Positions 16,886 through 30,600 of a DNA stretch of 64,000 nucleotides are shown here, one piece after another. The notes under the pieces were generated by a model that saw only the letters and a list, made by a program, of their open reading frames with translations, had not been told where the DNA came from and ran no database searches. Origin of the DNA: a virus. Every line of letters starts with the position of its first letter. The stretch's first letter is position 1. Location of the stretch: the IMG/VR virus record IMGVR_UViG_3300009110_000335. One strand, written 5' to 3'. The translations under genes were made by a program, and so were the position numbers.

Positions 16886-19027
16886 ATGGGTTATTATGAT
16901 GATTTACACAAGTCTGTGTATGATAGCGTCTATAAACGAAATTTTGCGCGTGATTCAGCATGGAAGATGGCACAGCGTGCTGCAAATATAGCAGTGTATG
17001 ATGCACAGCAACGAGACGTTAGGGCTGCCGAAAGTGGTAGTGGAAGATTATCAACAGTTTACAAAGCACTGATGGCTGGACAGACGGTCACTCCTTACAA
17101 ACCACAAGAGAAAAAGGTAGACCAAACAGTAGGAGAATCAATAGGATCAATATACAGGGCAGCCGGAATTAATGCTGATGTTAACAAATATCGTGAGGAA
17201 GGAGTCGGTGGATGGCTGACACAAAATATATCAGGCATGACGAAAGCACAGCAAAGAAAGTTAGCTAACATAAGCATGGTGCTTCAGGCTGGTGGACAAG
17301 TGACCACCGGCGGAAAGGTATTGAAAGGATCTGATGCTGCACGACTCTTGGGTGCATATGGTGAACTTCCTAGTGATTCTAGGATTCCAGCAGGCGTTAC
17401 GCCATACATGACAACTGTGGGCGGTGAGACGTCGATTGATTTCTATAAAGATGGTGTACCAATGGATTGGAACAGACAGGAAAAGTACATCGGTGCAGCG
17501 ATAGCACCAAAATATCAAAAGAAGTATCAGGTAGGTGAAGGAGGACAGATAACTGATAAAATAACAGCAGGTGAAAAATATGATGTTGTTAGAAATACAA
17601 TGAAAGATGGACCCAAAGCCTTTGTTGTACCACATCATCAAACAGTCAAGTATACAACACCAGAAGGTGCTGTCAAGACAACATCAGTGCCACAAATGAA
17701 TGCCAGTGAATTGACACAGTTCAGACTTTTAATGGTAAAAGAAGGAAATAAGATTCTCAGTATAGGTGATCCAAGATCACTCGGTGAAGCTCAATTAAAA
17801 ACAATGATGGCGGGTGGTCAAACATGGGATCAACGACATTTAATCGGATCACAAACAAAGGAATCACCTGCTATAATTAAGGAACATACAATTGTGACAC
17901 AAAATCTTGAAAGTGGTAGAGAAGTACCACAGTTAATTACAGATTACAAAGTGCTTATGGATAAGATGGGTATGACAGAGGAGAAGGCAAAAAAGACAGT
18001 GTCAAATCAAGTAAAAAAATACAAAGCAGAAGCAGCCGTCTTTGGTGTGACATTGACAAAACCAGGTAGTACGACGAAAGTTCCAACATTGACTGGAGAT
18101 ACATATGATGTGTCAACTCCAGAAAAAAAGTTCGACATTCCATTTCCAATTGGTGACAAGGCTACGGAAACATATCAAGGTGAAGGTTGGACTGTATCAA
18201 AAAGTGGAGGATCGATAATTAATTTCGGTGACGGTAATGTGGTAGGACTGCAAGGAGTAGAACTGAGTAAGGACGCACAGGATTATTACAGAAAGATGGG
18301 TGTAGGTACACAGATTGTAACTAAAGATGGACAGACTAAAGCAGGTGCAGGAGTTAGACGAAAGTCAGCAAATCCTTATGGAGGTAAGTCTGCTATTGGT
18401 ACTGCATGGGGGGCACACAAGGCTTCAGTACTATCCTCAGCAAGAGGCATAGTTGATGATGAGAATAAATGGATGGCTGAGCAAGAAAAAAGAGCAGCCG
18501 AATGGGATGAATACTATGCTTGGGTAGAGAACCAAGAAAAACTATACGAGGCTCAAAAGAAAGCTGAAGAGAAAGCCGAAAAAGAATATCAAGAAGCGTT
18601 AACAAAATTCAAAAAAGAACAAAACAAAGAAGGTATTGAAGCATGGGCATCAGCAACACCATATAGAAGGGATCGTGTGCAAAAGCCAAGACGACGAGCA
18701 AAACAGAATATCATACAAGATGCACAGGCATCAATGAATTGGGGTAAATTATCTAATCCGTTTGAATCGACAAGTGGCGGAGTACTAAGTCCATATCAAA
18801 GACAATCACGTAGACGTGTAATAAGCAAAGCAAGAGGACGACAAATATTACCACAGGGTAGCATGTTCCGTACAAGTGTGATGGGTGATAAACCACTAGC
18901 AAAGCGTATACGAAAAGGTCCAAAAGCAACAAAGAGGGTAACAAGGGTTGATTACTTCTCACCTGCATACGCATTAGCAGGATTCTACATGCCACGACAA
19001 ATGGGAAAAGGGGGTAAGAAACAATGA
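16886..19027 (+). CDS. Large hypothetical (putative virion) protein
   Basis: The promoter spacing supports the ATG at 16886 (MGYYDD) over the GTG at 16868. Coiled-coil and Arg-rich C-terminus. Confidence 0.75.
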   Translation: MGYYDDLHKSVYDSVYKRNFARDSAWKMAQRAANIAVYDAQQRDVRAAESGSGRLSTVYKALMAGQTVTPYKPQEKKVDQTVGESIGSIYRAAGINADVNKYREEGVGGWLTQNISGMTKAQQRKLANISMVLQAGGQVTTGGKVLKGSDAARLLGAYGELPSDSRIPAGVTPYMTTVGGETSIDFYKDGVPMDWNRQEKYIGAAIAPKYQKKYQVGEGGQITDKITAGEKYDVVRNTMKDGPKAFVVPHHQTVKYTTPEGAVKTTSVPQMNASELTQFRLLMVKEGNKILSIGDPRSLGEAQLKTMMAGGQTWDQRHLIGSQTKESPAIIKEHTIVTQNLESGREVPQLITDYKVLMDKMGMTEEKAKKTVSNQVKKYKAEAAVFGVTLTKPGSTTKVPTLTGDTYDVSTPEKKFDIPFPIGDKATETYQGEGWTVSKSGGSIINFGDGNVVGLQGVELSKDAQDYYRKMGVGTQIVTKDGQTKAGAGVRRKSANPYGGKSAIGTAWGAHKASVLSSARGIVDDENKWMAEQEKRAAEWDEYYAWVENQEKLYEAQKKAEEKAEKEYQEALTKFKKEQNKEGIEAWASATPYRRDRVQKPRRRAKQNIIQDAQASMNWGKLSNPFESTSGGVLSPYQRQSRRRVISKARGRQILPQGSMFRTSVMGDKPLAKRIRKGPKATKRVTRVDYFSPAYALAGFYMPRQMGKGGKKQ

Positions 19028-21498
19028 GCATGGACGGACGTACTTCAAACAGAAGGTTTGGTGCAAAGCAGTATCAAACACAGCCATACAATGCTTATGA
19101 GGCAGCAGCAGCCGGAGAGACTACTTATGATGATGGCAGTGGCGATACTGAGTATAACCAAGCTGGTCGTCAGATGCTTAACGAGACACCGCCACAACAA
19201 GGACGTCCAGGTAGAGATTCAATATTTTCACAAAAGTCATTAGAAAGACAAGGTAATACTTCTGGTACCGCACCATTCACTAAAGTATATGCAGAGACAC
19301 CGTTGGGTGATCCAAATGAACGATCTAGTACAGTACTTGGAATAAACAAAGCAGAGTATGACCTAGACACTGCAATGAAGGTGTACAAGGATGTGGATTT
19401 TAGACTTAATGATATTAAAGCACAGAAGACAGCACTCAGAGCACAATTCAATGCAAGAAAAGGAACAGTCGCGGTCAATGATTTTGAACTTGCACAAGAA
19501 TCACCAGTGTACACTGGACTGAAACAAGAAGAAAAAGAATTGAAGATGTCTAAAGAAGATTTAGGCAGTATCATAAGAGAAAAGGAATCACAGATAACAG
19601 TAGGTGCATTAAGGTATGGATCAGGTGGAGGCAAATCACAGCTTGTCAAAGAGTTCGAATATGATGTAAAATCAATCAAGGACGTAAACCCTATGGATAA
19701 GATAGCAAAAAACCGTGCTGACACAGGTGGCGTTAAATCAGCTTTCAATAGAGGAACAACCGGCAATATGACAGATCCTAAGTTTGATTCCAACAGTGTA
19801 TCTGTAGATCAAAATTCAATAGACCGTGGTAATATACTTGCAAAGACAGATCTATTATTCAACACAGTGAAATTCACAGAGTCATTCCTACCAGCAGCAT
19901 ATGCTTCAGGACTACAACCAGAACCAAACAACAAGGTTGAGAAGCAAGGTGATGATTATCTTAAATCACTACAAGTGTTTGCATCAGACATGTACACTGG
20001 TGTGACAAGAACCGCCCAAGATATAGTTGATCTACCATCCACACCATTCATGTTTAGTGGTAGTGTTTCATCTGCTGATCCTGATATTAGATACACACAC
20101 AAAGAAACAGGTAAGACAATAACATTTGAGGAGGCTAAACAAAAGGCAGTGAATGATCCAAAGTTTGGAACTGATTACAACGCTGGAATGTGGGTGGAAA
20201 GAGACACTGAGAACAGATTCAAGACTGACTATACAAAAGGAATGGGGTTCCCTACATTACCTGGAATGGAAGGTACACCACAGGAAAGAAGTGGTTTAGA
20301 TCCACATGGTGTTGGTGATCCAGCAAAATCTAGTATGTTTACAAACTATTCATCATGGCTAATACAGACAGGTGCAGACGTAATGACGGGTGGTAAAAAC
20401 CAAATAACACAGGGTCTTAAACTTCATCAAATACACAAGATAGCATCAGAACGAGGTGCAGTAGATGTTGGGGCAGACTTGTTAACTGGTATCGCATCAG
20501 TGGTCGCCCCAATTCCAACCGCACAGAAATTAAAACTTGGTGCAACATTTATGAAAAACATGCCTTCACAGGTATCAAGTGGATTGAAACAAACAAGCTC
20601 ATTCCAAAAATTAATCAAAAATAACATAGGCAAAGCAGGTAACTTTGCAAAGAATACTATGAAAATAACTAAAGGTAATAAGAATAAGAAACCATACTCA
20701 AACCTATCACCTCAGGGTGCTTCCAATCTATACCGTGGTGACACCCCAATATTTCGATTCACTGAAAAGATAAATCTACATCCTGGTACAAGTGCATATG
20801 GGACGATGAAGGTAGACCAAATTGGATACAATGTAGCTGGCGCACCATACATGAAACCACCGATAATTACACCAGGTAGTTCTGCTATAGCAAAAACAAA
20901 TGAAAAACATTTCTTCATACAAGGAACCGCAATGATGCGCAAGGATCTCAAGAAGAACCCAAAATTAATGCACCCTCAGCCAGCAGTTGAAATTATGAAA
21001 CACCCATACATAAACAAACTTTTCGGCTTACCCCAACCTGACATGGGTTGGAAGACACTCTCAACCAAGATGAAAAGCCGTAGATTCAGAAGACAGATGA
21101 ATACTGTTGGCATGGCAGTAGGTGGTGCTGGTGCTGTAGGGTTTGGTATGAATCCACAAGAAGCATATGCATTTCCTGTTGGGGCTGGTGTCAGACAGGG
21201 GATAAAAGGACTGAATCAGATTAACAGCTTCTTTAGATTTGCACCTGACATGGGTAAGGTAAGTCAAGGATCATTAAGAATCACTGAAAAACAGGTTAAC
21301 GCATTAAAGAAATTGGGTGTACCTGTTGCACAAATACCAGCAAGTCGTGGTGAAGCTGGTGCATTGATACGACGACTAAACGCCCAAAAGGTAACCGCAA
21401 GAAAGAATAAACAATCAATACCTTCCCCACAAACCGAGAGTGATTGGTTTAACATGGGGTATTACACACAATCAGGCTATAGAGGTAGTTTCCCATGA
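19024..21498 (+). CDS. Large hypothetical (putative virion) protein
   Basis: 824 aa with ATGA overlaps on both sides and a coiled coil near the N-terminus. Confidence 0.75.
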   Translation: MSMDGRTSNRRFGAKQYQTQPYNAYEAAAAGETTYDDGSGDTEYNQAGRQMLNETPPQQGRPGRDSIFSQKSLERQGNTSGTAPFTKVYAETPLGDPNERSSTVLGINKAEYDLDTAMKVYKDVDFRLNDIKAQKTALRAQFNARKGTVAVNDFELAQESPVYTGLKQEEKELKMSKEDLGSIIREKESQITVGALRYGSGGGKSQLVKEFEYDVKSIKDVNPMDKIAKNRADTGGVKSAFNRGTTGNMTDPKFDSNSVSVDQNSIDRGNILAKTDLLFNTVKFTESFLPAAYASGLQPEPNNKVEKQGDDYLKSLQVFASDMYTGVTRTAQDIVDLPSTPFMFSGSVSSADPDIRYTHKETGKTITFEEAKQKAVNDPKFGTDYNAGMWVERDTENRFKTDYTKGMGFPTLPGMEGTPQERSGLDPHGVGDPAKSSMFTNYSSWLIQTGADVMTGGKNQITQGLKLHQIHKIASERGAVDVGADLLTGIASVVAPIPTAQKLKLGATFMKNMPSQVSSGLKQTSSFQKLIKNNIGKAGNFAKNTMKITKGNKNKKPYSNLSPQGASNLYRGDTPIFRFTEKINLHPGTSAYGTMKVDQIGYNVAGAPYMKPPIITPGSSAIAKTNEKHFFIQGTAMMRKDLKKNPKLMHPQPAVEIMKHPYINKLFGLPQPDMGWKTLSTKMKSRRFRRQMNTVGMAVGGAGAVGFGMNPQEAYAFPVGAGVRQGIKGLNQINSFFRFAPDMGKVSQGSLRITEKQVNALKKLGVPVAQIPASRGEAGALIRRLNAQKVTARKNKQSIPSPQTESDWFNMGYYTQSGYRGSFP

Positions 21499-21692
21499 GA
21501 GCAACATGGATACAACCTCAATACGAGGAAGAGAAAACTGTTCACAAACCAACTGGTATTGATAAACTGATAAACAAACGCAAACGTGGTCGACCAAAAA
21601 AGATGCGAAAGATGTTCATCTCAGGTGAGAAAGACTGGAACAAGGCAATGCGAAAGTTAAGGAAGCGTGAGAGAAATGGCGAAACGAACTAG
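21495..21692 (+). CDS. Small basic protein with AT-hook-like motif
   Basis: RKRGRPKK motif. Confidence 0.6.
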   Translation: MRATWIQPQYEEEKTVHKPTGIDKLINKRKRGRPKKMRKMFISGEKDWNKAMRKLRKRERNGETN

Positions 21693-24600
21693 ATTTCAAG
21701 CGGGCAGAAGTACCCAACCTCAAGTAAATACAGCCACAGCAAAGATGGGTACTGTTGCAATAGAACAGCCAAGACCAACTCCTGCTTCACTTAAAGATGC
21801 CGCAGCCCCGCAACTTGGCTATCTTTCTTCTAGTGGGTATGTTGACGTAAGCCGTGACGGTAAGAGGATAGATCCAGAGAGTGAAGAAGGTAAGGCAATA
21901 CAAGCAATATACTCAAGACAGTTTGAGGAAACAATAGATAATGCTGCCCAGCTTGAACGATTCCTTGCTGTGACAAGAGGTCAGGCATCCATTGAAGATA
22001 CCTTACTCAACCCAGGAACAACTAACAGATACGAAGGTTCAAACATAAAACCAAATAGAGAACAACTCATTCGTACATATTTTGAAGAGAGAGGTGTACC
22101 ATTAACTGAGCAATTCAGTAATGTGAATCTAAGACCTGTAAAATACACGGCTGCTCGTGAACGTGCAAGGCTTGCAACTAACACTGGTATAGAGATGGGC
22201 GATCTAAGGGATCTGCTTCCTGGCACAAGTGCATATCTGAAAAGTGGTGAGTCAATTCCTGCAGACCGAATAAGAACCGGTGAGATATATGCAAGACGTG
22301 ATAACTTCCTAAGACAAGCAGGAGAGATAAAAGATGTTGTAGATGGTGAAGTAGGAACAGTTGCAAGAGACCCGTCATATAACCAAGTGGTGTCTACAGG
22401 GCTTATACCTGGCACACCTGGTATGCTTTCAGGATTATCTGTCGCACAAGGTGCAGACAGGACATTACAAAACGCTGCATTGTTTATAGCTGGAGGTGTT
22501 GCCCCAGTTACAGGTCTTTTAGCAGGAATTGGTGGGGTCTTTAAACCAAAGGCAAAAGGCGGTGCAATACCAGAAAAAGTACCCGATCCTCTCTACAGAC
22601 CTTCGGCTACCGAAGAGGGACGTGAACAAGTTGAAGAAGAGATAAGTGATGATGTTGCGAGAGATTGGACAATGGACCCAATAATAGAGGGGGGTCCTGA
22701 TGATTACAGAGTGATTGATGGAAGTATACTTCAGAGAGCTGTTGAAAAAGATGGTGCTTTTGGATTCCTAGTTGGAACAGGAGAGGTATTCAAAAGACTT
22801 GGAAAGTCATTAGTAGTGCCTGAAGAACAACTCGGTCAATTAGGATACTATGCAGCCACACAAACACCTATTGAAGAATGGAGAATAAAGGAATCTGCAT
22901 TAGATCTTGCAATCAATCCAATATTAGAACCAATGGCACCATACCTTGCACCATATGCTGACATTGATGCTTCATGGGATGATGTAGGTGGAAGTTTGGC
23001 TAGATTTGGCGGTGCCTCTGCTACTACTGCATCTAATATTGGTATAGGAATGGCTACGCCTGAACTGAGAGACGCGTACTTTGCAGAAGCAGGGCGTGTT
23101 GGTGGAGAGTCATGGGAAAAGTTCCAAAAATACCCATTGTATTATACAGGAACCGCACTAGGTGAAATACCACTTGCATTAGTAGGGGCGGGACAGGTTG
23201 GGTTCTTAGCAAGGGCTGGTGTTAAAATCACGAAGGCTGCACTAGTAGCAGACGCTGGAATGAAAGGCTCAAGAGTTACCGCGAAAGCCAATGTGCTGGC
23301 TGGACAGTTAAAGAATGTTGACAGTACTATAGAATCATTATCAAAGAAACACAACTTCAATGAAAAGGATTTCAACAGTTTGATAAAAGATAGAAATAGT
23401 ATCCTAAAAGACATAATTGATTTTGAGCATGTGGATGTGAATAGAACAATGAAAGCAACTGAGGTTGACAATATGTTCAAGAATGCAGACGGTGCATACA
23501 AAGAAGGTGTATCAAGTAATACAATTGACAGAGTCAATCAACTCAAGGCAGTTGATAGAAAACTCAATGACCAATTCACAGTCCCAAACGAATTAAAGAA
23601 TGCAATAAAAACACGTGAAGATATACTTGACCGTACAATGAAGTTGGTCGATTCAACCGATCCTTCTTTACGAAATGACCCTATAGCTATACAGAATGCA
23701 GTGTTAAAAAAGAAGAAGTTAATCGAGGACACCGCCGAAGAAAAGGCTAACACATTATACCAAAAACTAGTAACTCAGCCTGGTGTGAATTATGGAGCAT
23801 GGAAGAAACGACAAGCTCTCAGACTAGGGAACCTCATAACTCTTGGTGGTAAATCTACTCTTGGTGGAAGGCTGGATCCAAAAATGTTTGCTACTCCTAG
23901 ATCACAATACAGGGCTGCTCTTTCACAGGAACGCAAACAAGGATTTGGACTTGCCAGATTTGAACCAAGAACATGGATTTCAGGACTAGCATTTGTCCCA
24001 AGATTAACACGTGCATTTGCAGAGGTAGGATCACCGTCAAGTCCAGAAGAACTCGCAGCATATCCAAACCCATTGAATCTATTCGGTAAATCACAGTTAG
24101 AAGCTGATGTGGGACGCATGGGTGCAGGTACAGTCCCTGTTGAATATACACCTATGATGAATGCATGGGGTGGTATGCTTCGTGGACTTGGTGTACAAAA
24201 CGTACAGATCAAAGCAAGATTGATTCAGGATAAAGTTCAGGCTATGATTAAATCGCCTAAAACAATTGATACAGAAACGACAAAGATTGAGTTCGACGTA
24301 ACTAATCAGATAGTATTCCAGCCTGGTAGAATAGGTCCTGCCTCAACCCAAAAACCAGACACAACGATTAGTATGACCATGCCAGCAGACCAACCTATAG
24401 GATTCCAGAAATCATTTGGTATAGGTGTAGCAGGAATAGATCAACCAATGCAGATCACATCAGATGTGACATTAGGTCAATACAGATCACCAGGCTTTAC
24501 ATTTACAAGCACAGAGGATCTACTTACTCAGTATCCATCATTTGAAGCAATATCTAATTTCTATAAACAAACCCCACCCTCAAGTCCATTTGGTGCACTA

Positions 24601-27600
24601 CCAAAAGGATTGAGTAAGACGGAACCTACCGATATCATAGGTGCACCATTTAGAGTAGAAGGTTCGTTTACTGCTGGAAGGAAAATGACAACAGACGAGG
24701 TAATTGATCTTGGAGAAGAGCTTCCAATCGTAGCTACCCCAACGTCCCAAGTCACACGTAATTATGAAAAGAATCTAAACAAAATACAAGAAAAGATTGC
24801 AAAACTAGACAGTGATGAAATAAAGGTGTGGGGAGACGTATCAAAAATAAACGTCCTTACGTCAGGAATTAGTTGGTCGTCGGTAAAGAATGACATTGGG
24901 TTAAACAAGTTCTTCGCAGATGTTACACCTAATGTTAAAACAAATCTCAACACAATTGAGAAAGGAAAGGTAACTGATTATCAAACAAGAATAACTCAAT
25001 TGAAGAATGTGATTGAAACGAATGAAAAGAATAACATGGACACAACAAGCTTGAGAAGAGAATTAAAGGACTTGTATATTGAAGTCGACAAAATACAATA
25101 CGACAACCCTTACCCAACATATGATAATTACATAGACTCGATAGGAAGACAGACTGAGTCACTCATGCCAGGTATGGGTGAAATAGGTGAACGCGCAATA
25201 AACGAGATAAAGGACTTTGCAGGAAAAGGTAAACTGAAAAAGGCGTTTGGTGAATTAAGAAACACTGAGGAATTAATAAGAAAAGAAAGAGGAGCCATTA
25301 AGAAAATTAATCCGGCAGATGAAAAGAAACTAAGACGATCACAAGATAAACTTCTATTACTAGAAAGAAAGGCTACTGCACAAAGAGAAAATCTAGCTAG
25401 AGAGATGAAGGATAATGCTGGATTCCTTGGGGCTGAGGTTCAATTTGCAGCCATATCAGATGATAAAATATTCACAAAAAACCCACTAACCGACCCAACG
25501 GTATTATTAACAAAACCACAGGCTCAAAAACTTCATGAGATTGCAACAAAAAGAATTGCATTAGAAGGGGAAAAAGAAAAGATTGTGATGGACTTTTCAC
25601 CACAAAAGGTTGCATTTACATTCACACGTGACGTTCCGTTTGACGCTATGTCTGCGTCACTAACAGACATTGTTGTCACGAAATCAGGAAAAGGACGTTA
25701 CATAATAGATGCTAAGGCAGGATCAGACGGTGTAATACCAACTCTCAAAGGAGAGTTCCTTGACTTCATGGAACAGGCAGGAGGAATGACACCTGGACAA
25801 AAGAAAAAGAATGCTAAAGAATTACAAAAAGCAGCCCTCGGCAATAAAGAAATTGCTGATACAGGAAACACTTTGTTTAGATTCATCACACCTAACAGAT
25901 ATGACAACACGGCAAAACATGACAAAGTCACTCATGGTGTCATTGATACAGATAATAGAATATTAGGTGATAGTAATTTACAAAAACAATATGGGCTTGA
26001 ACCAAGAGCTATTAAGGTTGGAGATAGATCACCAACCAAAGAAGAGGTTACGACAGGGGTATACACAAAGAAAACTAAAGTTCCGATATGGGCATATGCA
26101 ACAGATGGGAACGGGAACGTGATATTTGATGTTGTACAACCATATACAGCAGCAGACGAAGTTGATTATCTAAAGTTTATCACAGGAAAAGGATTTGATG
26201 ATAAGGCAAACCTCAGTGAGTTTGGTGAGCAAACTAAGACAATAACAAAGGATCGTGTGGCTAACATAACACCAAGCGGTGAGAAGGTAATTGAAAAGTT
26301 TGAGTATAATGTTTCTACGTTTGCAAATCAATTCAAAATGACACCACCAAAAAGTCAGGATGCATATGCACAGAATATTGAAGTTCTTGAGAAAGGTCTG
26401 GAAACAACAATGGGTAAGGTAGGTATTGTTGATGATAGATTAAAGACTGTACAAAAAGGCATATCGGATTATGAGAAAGCATATGCAATAGCCAAAGACA
26501 TCATGAAGAATGACACAATTGATATAGAATATGAACTGAACAGACTGGCTGATCCAACGGCAATGGCATCAGTAACGTCAAGAAACATTAAAGCAAAGGA
26601 ACAAAACATCTCTGACATAAAAGATCAGATACGAGAAGTTGAGGATCAAATTAATGCAAAGTATGTAGAGATTGGTGAGAGTCATGTAACAATGAGTACT
26701 GCGATAAAACCAGTTGCAACAAAGAAGTTCCTTTTGTTTAACAATGATTATCCAATCAGTGGTATGGGACAATGGGATTACATGGATAGTGATATCTTCA
26801 CACGTGTTGCACAGAACACACCTACAAATCCAATAGACAATCCTGAAAAGATATTCAACCAAAGACAATACTTTGAATTAATTATTGATGCCTTAGAATC
26901 ACCTGAGGCATCAACAAAGAGGCTGAATAAATTATGGAAAGATGTAGATGTTAAAGCAGACACCGACGTTGAGAAACTTAACCTTGTAAAAGAAGTGTCA
27001 ATGAAGTATTTGGACGATGTGAAAGGTGAAGATAAAATGAAAGAGATACGAAAGGAGATAAAGGAAATTGAAAGTGAAAAAGGTAGAACGTATACAGAGA
27101 AAATTAGAGCTGTAAAACAATACGTACTCGAAAGTGCAAAGGACGATAGAGATCAATTGAAGGCTAAACTTGATGAAGCATTCAGTTTTGCTGGAGCAAC
27201 ACCAGACCAAAAAATACAGATATTCAATGCAAGAGCAAAAACAATACTAGATCAAACGTTAGGAACAGTGAAAACAACAAAGAATGAAAAAGGTGAGATC
27301 GACATCGTTACAGATGACTTCATGGATGCATTTGTTAAAAACAATAACCTCATAGCAGACGCAGAGGAGTTAATGTCAACAAGAAAAATATTAAAACAAA
27401 ACCTAGTGAATGAACAACAGGACTTAACAGAAATAAAGTTTGACCATCGGACATTACAGAAACTGGCAACACAGATAAAACGTGATGGTGTGGGACGACA
27501 CCCACTAGATCCTATAATCGCCCCTATTGAACTAGATACACTTCCTAAACTATTTGGTAAATATGTCAATATTAGTTCAGACCGTGTAGAGTGGATACGG

Positions 27601-30600
27601 GGAACAGGCAAAGGAAAGATAGCAGTGACTGAAGAAATACAAGAACTATTCCCAGGGGGCAACGTCCCAGATGAAATAACCGCACCTGTACAATTTGGAA
27701 TGGGTGGAGGCGGAGATGACATAATGGAAAACCTATCAAGAGGATCAATGCCATACACTGGAAAGGGCAGACCACCTGTTGGTAAGAAACTAGTACTTGC
27801 TGGAACTGTAATGGTTGATATACAACTTGGCACAGTGACAGTTCAACGAAAGCTCCCAATCTATGCACTGCCAGGAACTAACCAGTATCTAGCAAAAGGG
27901 AAAGATCTCAGATTCACAATGCCAGAAACACAAAACCTCACAACAATGAAACCAGATCAGGTGCTTGTTGTTGAAACAGGACTTAAGGAAGGATTGAAAG
28001 CTAAAAAAACTAAAAAGGATCCAGAGACAGGCGAAAAGAAATACACACCACAACAGGCAGCACTAGAATTATTCAACGCAAGTCAAGGCAGGTCTGAGGG
28101 ATTCACAGGAAGTAGAACAGCAGGACAGAATGTGTATCTATTACCTACTGCTACTGGTGTCAGACAAGGTCCCGAAATTGATATTGACATGTATGTTAGA
28201 AACCTCACAGATCAGATGGATCAGAACCCAAACAGAGAGTTCTTGTTAACAGACGGTGGAGTAATAAACGCTAGTAACTTTATTAATCACTTTGGTGATT
28301 TTGTATTTGAAAAGAATGTCATAATTCCAAGATCATTCTTTGAGAAACTTAATCCACAACAGCAAGCAAAATACGCAGCGACACACACGAAAGATGTACT
28401 GTATACAGGATTAAAGACAGTTCGTTCTGGTGGTCAGAGAGGTGTAGATCAAGTGGGTGTTGAGACCGCAAAGGATGCAGGATTGAAGACAGGCGGTGTC
28501 ATGCCTGCAGGATGGAGAGTAGAAGGTGGAAACGCAGAAGCATGGGGAAGGAAATATGGATTCACACAGTCTTCAGACTCGTCATTTACAACACGTACAG
28601 ACCTAAACGTACAACAAAGTGATGCTACAGTATACTATGGTGCAGTTGACGCTAACGGAAACCCATCATCACCTGGTGGTATTAGAACAGCAGATGCAGC
28701 AAGTAGATATGCAAAACCATTCATAGTGAACCCAGATCCTGAAACACTTGCAGAATTTCTTGCACGTAATAATGTGCAGGAGCTTAATGTAGCTGGAACA
28801 CGTGCTTCAAAACAAAGCACTAGTTTGATAGGTGGTAAAACACCAAATGAATATGCAAAGGAATCACTTGGTGGTGCAATCAAACTAACTAAACCTGCTG
28901 TAATGGGTGAGGCTGACGTACCTGACAGATTCACTGCATACCTACCAATGGAAGTAGCAAGACAGGTTCAGGGTGACATTGTTCGTGTAAACAGTGATGT
29001 GTTCAAAGATGATATAATCAGAAGTCAAGCTGTAGTGCCAGCACTTGCAATGAAAGCTAGTTCACAGTACATGCAAAGTGTCAGACAAATAAGTAATAAT
29101 CTGAAAAAACAGATGGAGGATCTTGGAACCAAGAAAGACAAAATCAATAAAGAGATTGAGGTTAATGACTTTAATGATCAACAGGTAAGGGCAATCGTAC
29201 ACCTTGTAAACCAGTATCAAACTGGGTCAAAAACCATCAAGGCAATGCCAGGTGTGAAGGAAAGATACAAAGGAATGTATGATGCACTGGAGAACTTCAA
29301 AAACAAAGAGTTCTATAAACAGATAGAAAACATAGCAAAAGGCAAAGACTACAATCTAAAAAAATTCTTCACACCAAAGAGTGAGGTTCCAATATCTGAA
29401 ATACGTACGAACATAGATTTCCTAAAAGACTTGCTTCTAAAAGCAAAGGAAACGAAAGGACTACAAGGAAAGATAGTAAAGAAACACACAGTCAACCCTA
29501 CTGAAAATTCAGGTGTCATAGTTGCAAGAGAGATACTTCCTAACCTTCGTGATAAAGCAAAGATCTACGAGGTTGGATTGGGAGGAGGTGTCTTAGAGTT
29601 AGGGGCAAAGTGGAGAAGAAACGAATGGTTTGAAAAGAATGCAGAGTCATCATATGCAGTAGTTTCAAAGGAAACTGTTGATCAAACTATCGCATCGCTT
29701 GAGGTGGCAAAGAACAAAGCAGGATCTACTGGCGCAATGGATGAACTTCAGAAAAAAATAGACGAGTTAACAGGAATGAGTAAACAGCTTGGCGGGGAAC
29801 AAAAATACGGTGATAAATCAATCATTGCCGATAACTACAATGCATTGACATCTGACGTGAGTATAGTTGTACTGCCACAAAAGAATGTAAGGACTGATGG
29901 ATCATCTGTTCATTTTGACTATAATACATTCATAAAGAAATTAGAAACATATGAGGCACAGGACTCAATGTTAGAGTCATTAAAAAAAGACTTGGCATTA
30001 CTTGAAAAAGAAAATAAAACTCTAGCACCAACAAGTTCAAAATACCTGAACAACCAAGGGAAGATTATTTTATTACAGGATAAAATAGAATCAGAGACAG
30101 AGATTCTAGTAAGGTATGCAGGTCAGGTGAGAAATAGTGATCCTACAGGTGTACATGGAACAGGTCAATATAATAAAAATCTTCATAGAGAATGGAATGA
30201 AGAATTGGGTAAATATGTTGACACAAAATACAAAGGTTGGGTGACAAACAAAGACGGAAACAACCAAACTAGACATACAATAGAATACATGTTAAAAGAC
30301 AAAGAAAGACGTGATAAACTGTTTGTGTTAACACCTGATACAGATCATGCAGAATTAGAGGCATTCCTAAAAATGAATAACCCAAAACGAATCAATATTG
30401 TGGGTGTGGCAGGACCAATACAAAGGACAAAAGGTGGAGAACCAATAGGACCAGTAAACACAAGACAAGCAGAACAACACTTCCAAACAAACCAACTCAT
30501 TAACAAACATATTTTTGGTGAAGCGATAAAAGTTGGTACAGACAGTAAAGGCAAACCAATATATGAACAGGTTGATAGTGGTACAGAAGTTATTGCACAT

